DNA of 39,688 nucleotides from a virus: IMG/VR virus record IMGVR_UViG_3300045988_007515, positions 1 to 39,688 of that record; one strand, 5' to 3'. Shown piece by piece: positions 33,889 to 39,688 of this stretch (position 1 is its first letter; each line of letters starts with the position of its first letter). The notes under the pieces were generated by a model. It saw only the letters and a program-made list of their open reading frames with translations, ran no database searches and was not told where the DNA came from. The position numbers and the translations under genes were made by a program.

Positions 33889-34085
33889 TTCCACGCATCC
33901 CCTCTCTTCCACGCTTTCGTGGCGTTGGATTGCTGGGCGTAACCCGCTGTGATAGCGCCGCAGGTGGAACACCGTACATAGTGCTTAAACGGTGCGTCCG
34001 TGGACTGCACCCGCTCACCGCTGTCCATGCCGCAGACCGGGCAGAGATCCAGCGGAAAGCGCTCATGCCGGTTCTTTCTGTTCAT
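33885..34085 (-). CDS. Lar-family (restriction alleviation-like) zinc-ribbon protein
   Basis: LCPVCG...HYVRCSTCGA...ATKAWKRG matches the Lar-family pattern. Confidence 0.5.
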   Translation of the reverse strand: MNRKNRHERFPLDLCPVCGMDSGERVQSTDAPFKHYVRCSTCGAITAGYAQQSNATKAWKRGDAWK

Positions 34086-34207
34086 CGCGCGCTCACCACC
34101 ATATACGCAATGGTGATCAGCAGCAGGGCCAGAAAACTCATAAAGCCCATCCATGCGGAGGCGTCCGCCTTCCGCTGCTCTCTGGTGCGCCGGTCATGCT
34201 TTCTCAT
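34082..34207 (-). CDS. 41-aa membrane micro-protein
   Basis: GAAGGAGGGAA SD. My translation is MRKHDRRTREQRKADASAWMGFMSFLALLLITIAYMVVSAR. ATGA-coupled to the next gene. Confidence 0.4.
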   Translation of the reverse strand: MRKHDRRTREQRKADASAWMGFMSFLALLLITIAYMVVSAR

Positions 34208-34301
34208 GCGGATTCCCTCCTTCGATGAAATCTACGATCTTGAATACCCAAGTGGCCGCATACGCCACGCCCAGGATCATAAAAAACAGGTTCCAGCTCA
34301 T
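34194..34301 (-). CDS. 35-aa membrane micro-protein
   Basis: My translation is MSWNLFFMILGVAYAATWVFKIVDFIEGGNPHEKA. ATGA-coupled to the upstream micro-ORF. Confidence 0.35.
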   Translation of the reverse strand: MSWNLFFMILGVAYAATWVFKIVDFIEGGNPHEKA

Positions 34302-34450
34302 TGTTTGATGTCCCCCTCTTTGGTGTAAACACCGTCAAACTCAAGGCCATGCTCCCTCGACCAGATCTTGCCGAACTCCGTCATGATCTTCACCGGGTCA
34401 GGCGGAGACACCCAGATCACCCGGTATTCGATTTTTCGTTTCTTCGCCAT
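34298..34450 (-). CDS. 50-aa hypothetical protein
   Basis: GGAAAGGAAAAGG upstream. My translation is MAKKRKIEYRVIWVSPPDPVKIMTEFGKIWSREHGLEFDGVYTKEGDIKQ. Confidence 0.4.
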   Translation of the reverse strand: MAKKRKIEYRVIWVSPPDPVKIMTEFGKIWSREHGLEFDGVYTKEGDIKQ

Positions 34451-34478
34451 TGCCTTTTCCTTTCCCCTGTGCTAAAAT
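34450..34478 (+). promoter_or_regulatory. promoter of the antisense small-RNA unit
   Basis: TTGCCT - 17 nt - TAAAAT with an extended TGc. Confidence 0.5.
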
Positions 34479-34484
34479 AGCGAC

Positions 34485-34557
34485 AGGATACATATCTGAG
34501 CCTAAGATTTGTTCCGCCGCCCTGCCCGGTCTGCAACACCGGACGGGGCATTTTTTA
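34485..34557 (+). ncRNA. candidate ~70-nt antisense small RNA (opposite the early leftward transcript, ends at the cro 3' end)
   Basis: Promoter at 34450-34478 plus terminator CCCTGCCCGGT-ctgcaac-ACCGGACGGGG-c-ATTTTTT at 34519-34557. Confidence 0.4.
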
Positions 34558-34782
34558 TTCCCCATCGCTGGATTCGAACAGTTCGTCCACCGTCACGCCG
34601 TACATCCTCGCCAGCTTCTTGTGGTACTTCCGTGCCGGTCGCCAGTCACCCAGCTCCCAATGCGTCACACAGGACAAGTCCACATTCAGTTTCTTTGCTA
34701 CCTGTGCACGGGTCAGGTTGGAACGTTCTCGAAGTTCCTTCAATGCCAAGTCATGTGCCCTCCTTTCGGTGTGAGAAATCAT
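34555..34782 (-). CDS. Cro-like XRE-family HTH regulator
   Basis: LKELRERSNLTRAQVAKKLNVDLSCVTHWELG. The ATG at 34782 has no SD. The in-frame TTG at 34749 has AGGAGG 9 nt upstream and may be the real start. Confidence 0.7.
   Translation of the reverse strand: MISHTERRAHDLALKELRERSNLTRAQVAKKLNVDLSCVTHWELGDWRPARKYHKKLARMYGVTVDELFESSDGE
34770..34781. promoter_or_regulatory. 12-bp box TGTGAGAAATCA, copy 1 (operator candidate)
   Basis: Identical copy at 34973-34984; each lies just upstream of a rightward -35. Confidence 0.45.
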
Positions 34783-34810
34783 TGACTGCGGCAGAAATAT
34801 GTGGTATGGT
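34782..34810 (+). promoter_or_regulatory. rightward promoter P1
   Basis: TTGACT - 17 nt - TATGGT with an extended TGg. Confidence 0.55.
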
Positions 34811-34816
34811 AAGCAT

Positions 34817-34934
34817 GGGAGTTAAACTACGCGCCAAATGGCGTACTCTGTTGCAGAGGGGTATTCCATTTAGCAAACGAGTTCGCTTCCAACCGCCCCG
34901 AAGTTTGTTGCAGAGACTTCGGGGCGGTTTTTTT
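34817..34934 (+). ncRNA. candidate ~118-nt small RNA / terminated leader, antisense to the leftward lytic leader
   Basis: P1 plus a strong terminator CCGCCCCGAAGT-ttgttgcagag-ACTTCGGGGCGG-TTTTTTT (34893-34934). Confidence 0.45.
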
Positions 34935-34972
34935 ATCTCTGCCGCAGTCAATACCCGCCGAAACCTCATGAA

Positions 34973-34984
34973 TGTGAGAAATCA
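34973..34984. promoter_or_regulatory. 12-bp box TGTGAGAAATCA, copy 2
   Basis: Identical to 34770-34781; 3 nt upstream of the P2 -35. Confidence 0.45.
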
Positions 34985-34987
34985 CAC

Positions 34988-35016
34988 TTGACACGACCCG
35001 GAAAGCGTATTACAAT
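34988..35016 (+). promoter_or_regulatory. rightward promoter P2 (repressor promoter)
   Basis: TTGACA - 17 nt - TACAAT. Confidence 0.6.
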
Positions 35017-35095
35017 GAAATCGCCAAAAGACATTGCAAGAGCCGCTTTTATGGGGGCTGGTTTTCGTGTACCCTTTTCCGGTGGGCTTAGGTAT

Positions 35096-35124
35096 ATGAT
35101 ACCTCACATTCAAACCGTTTGCAA
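35096..35124 (-). promoter_or_regulatory. leftward (lytic) promoter facing P2
   Basis: Minus strand TTGCAA - 17 nt - TATCAT; the predicted start lies about 65 nt downstream of the P2 start, on the opposite strand. Confidence 0.5.
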
Positions 35125-35182
35125 TACCTAATTGGTTTAATTAAACCGTTTTGTATGGTTGCACAAAATTTGGGGGCTAAAT

Positions 35183-35554
35183 ATGGATATAACGCTAGAG
35201 AGAATGTTGACTTTAATCCCCAAAAAAGAAAACGGAAACTTTAAGCACGGAGCATTGTCTCAATTTGCACGTTCGATAGGATTTAAGGACGGTCACATTG
35301 TTTCTGATTGGATTGCCGGGAATTCGGAATCATACAAGAATTACATCTACCAAGTCTCGGCACTATACCACGTATCCGTTGAATGGCTCCAGGGCAAAAC
35401 GGAAGATAAGAGCATAAAAGAAACCCCCGATCCGAAGATCGAGGGTTACTCAGAATTACAGCAAGCTGCTATTCAATTTGTGTTATCGCTGCCGCCAGAT
35501 AAGCTGGAACGTTTTGTGAAAATGGGGCGCGCTGCTTTTGAGGAAGGAAAATGA
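35183..35554 (+). CDS. CI-like repressor (HTH N-terminal domain)
   Basis: Start MDITLERM; GALSQFARSIGFKDGHIVSDWIAG HTH; divergent from the cro-like gene. Confidence 0.6.
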   Translation: MDITLERMLTLIPKKENGNFKHGALSQFARSIGFKDGHIVSDWIAGNSESYKNYIYQVSALYHVSVEWLQGKTEDKSIKETPDPKIEGYSELQQAAIQFVLSLPPDKLERFVKMGRAAFEEGK

Positions 35555-35922
35555 AAGAAGCATTTATTTCTATCGGTTGCGCTCTAATTTCAGGATTTGT
35601 CGCATGGATTGTCGCAAAGCAAGCGGCAAAGGCCGAAATCAAGAAATTGCAAACAATTTGGGCGCATGAAAAAGAAACGGCCTGCGACACGGAATTTGAC
35701 AGCATGGCCGCTGCCGTTACCCTTTATGCGAAATGGCCTTCCCCAAAGGGATTTCAGGACGCCACCAATGCCGTTGCCATTTATCGGGCAAAGGCAACCG
35801 GAGAAATGGCGACAGAGGTTGACAAACTAAGCCGGATGATTGTCAGAACTTCATCTGGCTATGAAAACATTTTGATACAGTTAGATGCCATAATTGAGCG
35901 CAAGCGAAAGGCCAACGGTTAA
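35551..35922 (+). CDS. membrane-anchored hypothetical protein co-transcribed with the repressor (superinfection exclusion/Abi candidate)
   Basis: ATGA overlap with the repressor stop; N-terminal TM ISIGCALISGFVAWIV. Confidence 0.55.
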   Translation: MKEAFISIGCALISGFVAWIVAKQAAKAEIKKLQTIWAHEKETACDTEFDSMAAAVTLYAKWPSPKGFQDATNAVAIYRAKATGEMATEVDKLSRMIVRTSSGYENILIQLDAIIERKRKANG

Positions 35923-36095
35923 AACGTAGCCTTTCCAGCTTCGCCCTCTTTCCAGAATAGTTCAAGTTCCCCGGTAAACAAGTTCTTTGCCATCTTGTAT
36001 AAGTCTGCCATTGCAGCTTCGCGTTCCGAAGCGTCACATTCGATGCCGATTTCCCGCTCGGATTCGCCTTCTTTACTGATCGCCCAAATTTTCAT
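35919..36095 (-). CDS. 58-aa acidic hypothetical protein
   Basis: GGAGGC SD 6 nt upstream. My translation is MKIWAISKEGESEREIGIECDASEREAAMADLYKMAKNLFTGELELFWKEGEAGKATF. Confidence 0.45.
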   Translation of the reverse strand: MKIWAISKEGESEREIGIECDASEREAAMADLYKMAKNLFTGELELFWKEGEAGKATF

Positions 36096-36214
36096 TTTAA
36101 AGCCTCCATGATTTTCAGCAGTTGTTCATCAGATAACTTTTGAATCAAGTCAATGGCTTCTGCCAGCAGTTCTTGATACTCTATTGTATCACATTTTACG
36201 TCATTACACAACAT
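36092..36214 (-). CDS. 40-aa hypothetical protein, ATGA-coupled to the 58-aa ORF
   Basis: GGAGGG SD 7 nt upstream. My translation is MLCNDVKCDTIEYQELLAEAIDLIQKLSDEQLLKIMEALK. Confidence 0.45.
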   Translation of the reverse strand: MLCNDVKCDTIEYQELLAEAIDLIQKLSDEQLLKIMEALK

Positions 36215-36261
36215 TTTGTGTCCCTCCAAATAATTGTAGTAACGGGGCTATATGTCGATTA

Positions 36262-36289
36262 TTGCACTTTGTGCAGTCGAAAATATAAG
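36262..36289 (+). promoter_or_regulatory. promoter of the lipoprotein gene
   Basis: TTGCAC - 16 nt - TATAAG; the -35 overlaps the palindrome TGCAC-ttt-GTGCA. Confidence 0.5.
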
Positions 36290-36305
36290 AAAATGGAGAG
36301 TTGAG

Positions 36306-36740
36306 ATGAAAAAGTTTTTGCTTATTGCGCTGTCTTCGGTTCTCGCACTCGGCCTGTTAACCGCCTGTGGGGAAACGAATCAGACCGAGCCAGAAAACGA
36401 GCCGGTAACTCCACCCGATCTCGTTGGAGAGTGGAAGCAGACAAACAGCAATGCAGATGACGCATGGCAGGCCGCTACTATTGCCGGAGATGCCATTGAG
36501 GTGTATTGGGTGTCTGATAACGGAGAAACCAAAGCCCTCTATTGGGCCGGTTCTTTCGAAGCCCCTACCACGGCGGATGAGCCGTACACCTGGGAATCGG
36601 AAAATGATAAAGATCAGACCGATATGGCAATTCTCGCCAGCGGCGATGACACAAAGACGTTTACTTATCAGGACGGCGTAATCAGTTACGAAGTGTCTGC
36701 CATGGGAGTTACGCAGACCGTAAAACTTGAGAAGCAATAA
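36306..36740 (+). CDS. lipoprotein (superinfection exclusion candidate)
   Basis: MKKFLLIALSSVLALGLLTAC signal peptide with an L-T-A-C lipobox; 144 aa. Confidence 0.75.
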   Translation: MKKFLLIALSSVLALGLLTACGETNQTEPENEPVTPPDLVGEWKQTNSNADDAWQAATIAGDAIEVYWVSDNGETKALYWAGSFEAPTTADEPYTWESENDKDQTDMAILASGDDTKTFTYQDGVISYEVSAMGVTQTVKLEKQ

Positions 36741-36749
36741 GTAACTAAA

Positions 36750-36782
36750 GCCCTCGCCGCCTCTGCAACAAACGGCGAGGGC
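36750..36782. other. 10-bp GC stem hairpin with CCTCTGCAACAAA loop
   Basis: GCCCTCGCCG / CGGCGAGGGC; no clear U tract on plus. Confidence 0.6.
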
Positions 36783-36852
36783 CGGAGGGCAAGCCTTGGG
36801 GGGATTGGCTTGCCGTGATGTAACCATAGCAAAACTTGGTTGGGCAGCGCAA

Positions 36853-36882
36853 TGACCAAATGTGGGAAACGGACAGTATACT
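36853..36882 (+). promoter_or_regulatory. promoter candidate for the HTH-TM/integrase operon, with a palindromic operator
   Basis: TGACCA - 18 nt - TATACT; the 10-bp palindrome CAGTATACTG (36874-36883) covers the -10. Confidence 0.4.
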
Positions 36883-36946
36883 GCCGAACCAGATTTGAGA
36901 TTGCGTCTGCCCATATCTTACAAACTTAATACAGGAGGCCGATTTT

Positions 36947-37381
36947 TTGACGATCCAAGACTTATGCCGCGAAAAAAGAGCCGCCCTCAACATGACGGCT
37001 CAGGACATTGCCGATGCTTCAAACATTCCCCTCTCCACCGTTAATAATTTCTTCGCCCATGCGTCCAAATCCCCGGCCCTTTATACCACAGCTGGTATTT
37101 GTGCGGCACTGGGGGTGTCTTTGGACGCATTTTTTGGTATTGGCGATCACTGTACCGTCACAGAAGAAACCTTGCAGGCGGAAAAGGATGGGCTGGAACA
37201 CCGCCTTGAAAATAAGCGGAAGACCATCGGCCTGATGGAGACGGAGCTGAATAACCTACGTCATTCCGTAAAACTATACAGGTGGATCATACTCGGTTTG
37301 TCGCTATTGATCGTCGGTCTCTTCGTCTGGTGCGTGTGGGTAGATATTCGCTGCGCCAATTACGGATTTTGGAGGGGATAA
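36947..37381 (+). CDS. membrane-anchored XRE-type HTH regulator
   Basis: TTG start with AGGAGG 8 nt upstream; LNMTAQDIADASNIPLSTVNNFF HTH; coiled coil; C-terminal TM WIILGLSLLIVGLFVWCVW. Confidence 0.6.
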   Translation: MTIQDLCREKRAALNMTAQDIADASNIPLSTVNNFFAHASKSPALYTTAGICAALGVSLDAFFGIGDHCTVTEETLQAEKDGLEHRLENKRKTIGLMETELNNLRHSVKLYRWIILGLSLLIVGLFVWCVWVDIRCANYGFWRG

Positions 37382-37382
37382 T

Positions 37383-38681
37383 ATGAGAGTCGCACTATAT
37401 ATCCGCGTCTCGACGGAAGAACAGGCACGGCACGGCCTGTCATTGGGGGATCAGCGGGAATCCTTGTTGGCGTATGCCGCAGACAACGGTATGGAGGTTG
37501 TCGGCGTATATGAGGATGCTGGAATATCCGCAAGAAAGCCGTACCGGCAACGCCCAGCACTTCTGCGCTTATTGGAAGATTGCAAGGATGGGAAGATCGA
37601 CACAATTTTATTTGTCAAGCTGGACCGTTGGTTCCGCAGCGTAGCCGGATACTACGCCGTGCAGGAAGAATTAGACCGCTGCCACGTCACATGGCAGGCC
37701 ACGCGGGAAGATTACGAAACTCGCACGGCATCCGGGCGGCTAAAGGTGAATATCATGCTGTCGGTGGCACAGGACGAAGCTGACCGCACCAGCGAGCGAA
37801 TCAAGGCCATTAACGAAGGCAAGCGATTGAAGGGCCAGCCTACCACATGGAGAACACCTATCGGTATTTGCGTGAAAGACCGGCACTACGCCATTGATGA
37901 AGAAACCGCTGATGCGGCACGAGATATGTTCCCTGCCTTTATACGGCTGCAAAGCATCCTTGCACTAAGGCGGTATATGGCAACGGAGTGGGGGATCAAA
38001 CGCTCGTACAACAAATACAAGGATGCGTTGTCGAATCGATTGTACTTAGGTGAGGCGTTCGGCGTGGAAAACGTATTGCCAGCGCTTGTCGATCAAGAAA
38101 CCTTCGACCTTGCTGGAAAAATCCTGGAACGGCGAAGCCAACGGAACGCCAGTGCGGATCGAATATATTTGTTTACCGGAATTCTCCGATGCCGGGAGTG
38201 CGGGAGAAATATGCAGCCGGAGACTGTAAAGAAAGTATACAAGTACTACCGATGCAGAACGCACACACTTGACCCAGCCGACTGTCCGCACATTCTCAGA
38301 ATCCGAGAAGATGTGCTGGAGGATTACCTCTTGCGCGAATTTGAGGGGATCGCAAAAAAGTATTACTCCAAATCAAAAACCGCAGAAAAAAAGCCGCCCA
38401 AAACGGCGGAGCAAATCAAACGGAAAATGCAAAAGCTAAAAGAATTGTATCTGTCGGATTTGATCGAAATCGAGGAATACAAAAAAGACTATACGGACTT
38501 GAAGCGGCAGCTTGCGGCAATAAACCCAGAGCCTATAAAAGAATTTGATCTTGAAACCTTACGGCGGGAATTGAAGGAATATCCTGATTTAGACCGGAAG
38601 GCAAAAAAGGAATTTTGGGTACGCACGATCCAGCGCATCGACGCAGACAATGACGGTGCGTTTTTTGTAACGCCTAGTTAG
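37383..38681 (+). CDS. int: large serine recombinase (integrase)
   Basis: MRVALYIRVSTEEQ resolvase catalytic domain; recombinase domain; zinc ribbon CRECGRNM...YYRCRTH; coiled-coil C-terminus. Confidence 0.9.
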   Translation: MRVALYIRVSTEEQARHGLSLGDQRESLLAYAADNGMEVVGVYEDAGISARKPYRQRPALLRLLEDCKDGKIDTILFVKLDRWFRSVAGYYAVQEELDRCHVTWQATREDYETRTASGRLKVNIMLSVAQDEADRTSERIKAINEGKRLKGQPTTWRTPIGICVKDRHYAIDEETADAARDMFPAFIRLQSILALRRYMATEWGIKRSYNKYKDALSNRLYLGEAFGVENVLPALVDQETFDLAGKILERRSQRNASADRIYLFTGILRCRECGRNMQPETVKKVYKYYRCRTHTLDPADCPHILRIREDVLEDYLLREFEGIAKKYYSKSKTAEKKPPKTAEQIKRKMQKLKELYLSDLIEIEEYKKDYTDLKRQLAAINPEPIKEFDLETLRRELKEYPDLDRKAKKEFWVRTIQRIDADNDGAFFVTPS

Positions 38682-38721
38682 TCTTATTTTCACGTCACAA
38701 CACTAACATTAAAATATAACT

Positions 38722-38747
38722 AACCCCCCGGCATTTGCCGAGGGGTT
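38722..38747. terminator. bidirectional hairpin between convergent int and the accessory-cassette end
   Basis: AACCCCcCGGC-attt-GCCGaGGGGTT flanked by A/T-rich sequence. Confidence 0.5.
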
Positions 38748-38751
38748 AAAT

Positions 38752-39054
38752 TTAGCTTTCCAATTTCCGCATGACGCTATTGTAAACCCGCTCGTTGACC
38801 ACTTTCAAGCTGTCCATCAGCTCGTCCATGACCTCCCACGCACGGGCTGGGCCAACGTTAGATACCGCCCGGAGGAATTCGCTGTCAGGCGCGGGAGCCG
38901 CAGAATACGCCTCAACCATACGGCTTTCCCTCACCGGCTCCCGGTTCTGGTTTTGGATGGTATACAATGCCGCCAGCTTTTCATAGTTCGCCCAGCTGGA
39001 CTCCTCTGTTTCTAACCGCTTGATCCATAGCGCCAATTCTCGCTCATCAATCAT
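38752..39054 (-). CDS. hypothetical protein (last gene of the accessory cassette)
   Basis: 100-aa ORF. Confidence 0.55.
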   Translation of the reverse strand: MIDERELALWIKRLETEESSWANYEKLAALYTIQNQNREPVRESRMVEAYSAAPAPDSEFLRAVSNVGPARAWEVMDELMDSLKVVNERVYNSVMRKLES

Positions 39055-39068
39055 TGGGGCCTACCCCC

Positions 39069-39434
39069 TTAGTCCTCCATCATGTCCATTGCGCGGCGTA
39101 GGGCATCCTTGATGCAATCATCGTCGGTCTCCCGCATCATATCGTTGATCTGGCTACGAAGATGCTCAGTGGCGTCCGTGCGGCTGTAATGGCCACGGAC
39201 GTAATGCCGACGGGCATAGGAGCTGCCACGGCCATAGCCACGCAGGTCATCATCCAGATAGCGCCCGGAATAGCCGTGCTCGTCCATTGCCTCGATTTTG
39301 TCGATATTTTTGATGGTGTCCGTCAGCTTGTGGGCAATGTCCAGATCCCCGGCGCCCAGCTCGCCCTTGCGGGTGATTTCTTCCAGCTCCTTGCAGAGCA
39401 TATCCCGCAGTTCATACATAGATTTCATTCCCAT
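39069..39434 (-). CDS. hypothetical protein with an R/Y/G-rich middle segment
   Basis: Start MGMKSMYEL at 39434 with AAGGAG 6 nt upstream; the track start at 39455 is a TTG inside the SD region. Confidence 0.6.
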   Translation of the reverse strand: MGMKSMYELRDMLCKELEEITRKGELGAGDLDIAHKLTDTIKNIDKIEAMDEHGYSGRYLDDDLRGYGRGSSYARRHYVRGHYSRTDATEHLRSQINDMMRETDDDCIKDALRRAMDMMED

Positions 39435-39448
39435 TGTGTTCTCCTTTC

Positions 39449-39688
39449 TCAGCAAACTCTGGTAATGATAAGGTTCGCGTTGCTCACGTCAATGGCCTCG
39501 CCACTAACGTTGCGGATGGACAGCGACGCGCAGCAACCCTTTGTAACGTCAACGTACTCGGATGCAGCCACGTTAAAAAATGCCCCCGCAACCGTGGGCG
39601 TCACCGTCGCAACGGAGGACGGGAGCGGCTCACCGTCAACCGCAATGGCAACGGAGATGGGGCCGGGGGTCCCGCCGGTGCTTACGGC
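39449..39688 (-). CDS. C-terminal part of the junction-spanning BclA-C-terminal-like ORF (same gene as 1..305)
   Basis: Stop TGA at 39451-39449; reading continues in frame through the 119-bp overlap. Confidence 0.6.
   Translation of the reverse strand, partial: AVSTGGTPGPISVAIAVDGEPLPSSVATVTPTVAGAFFNVAASEYVDVTKGCCASLSIRNVSGEAIDVSNANLIITRVC
39570..39688. repeat. terminal direct repeat copy 2
   Basis: Identical to 1-119. Confidence 0.95.

Larger units (their letters stand above)
1..39569. mobile_element. complete circular temperate phage / excised prophage genome (unique length 39,569 bp)
   Basis: Full set of phage modules (integrase, repressor/cro, replication, terminase, portal, capsid, tail, lysis) plus an exact 119-bp overlap of the window ends. 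Confidence 0.9.

Noticed and set aside
34509-34991. 160-aa plus-strand ORF across the switch region
   Set aside because: It runs through two rho-independent terminators and two promoters. It has no SD and gives a basic low-complexity translation.
36750-36782. Rho-independent terminator for the lipoprotein gene
   Set aside because: There is a strong 10-bp GC stem but no U tract on the plus strand, so I list it only as a hairpin. A weak T-rich run exists on the minus strand, where no gene ends.

Overview
The window is one complete, circularly closed temperate siphovirus-type phage or excised prophage genome. Bases 1-119 are repeated exactly at 39570-39688, so the unique length is 39,569 bp. 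One gene runs across the junction. The high GC, strong AGGAGG ribosome-binding sites and protein families suggest a Clostridia-class Firmicute host; this is inference. About 75 of roughly 80 genes lie on the minus strand, tightly packed, often with ATGA or 4-20 nt overlaps. Reading the minus strand from high to low coordinates, the early/replication operon comes first (34782 to 22589). It holds a Cro-like HTH, micro-ORFs, a Lar-like zinc ribbon, a Rad52/Sak-like annealase, a YqaJ exonuclease, a NinB-like protein, HNH, SSB, a replisome organizer with internal iterons, RusA, three DNA methyltransferases, a PAPS-reductase-like PP-loop enzyme and a second HNH. Next is a 580-bp non-coding, highly structured region with a tRNA-shaped element (22007-22588). 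The late operon follows: terS, terL, portal, a MuF protein fused to an ADP-ribosyltransferase toxin domain, accessory genes, scaffold, capsid, connectors, major tail, G/GT chaperones, tape measure, Tal and fibre. Then come a lysis block (XhlA-like, holin, NAGPA-type glycosidase, M15 peptidase) and an eight-gene accessory cassette of unknown function with its own promoter, which wraps across the junction. The plus strand carries the lysogeny side: a CI-like repressor, a membrane protein, a lipoprotein, a membrane-anchored HTH and a large serine integrase. It also carries two isolated morons, a PH-domain gene inside the tail module and a 46-aa micro-ORF in front of the lysis genes. The items I rate most worth a second look are: (1) the tRNA-like element plus ~365-nt structured leader upstream of terS; (2) a circularly permuted C5-cytosine methyltransferase translationally coupled to a PAPS-reductase/DUF3440-like enzyme; (3) the MuF-ART toxin with a candidate immunity gene; (4) a switch region with face-to-face promoters and two terminated antisense small-RNA units; (5) a GC-rich tandem-repeat block before the lysis genes; (6) the wrap-around accessory cassette. 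All functional calls rest on motif and fold recognition by eye and on gene order. No database search was possible.
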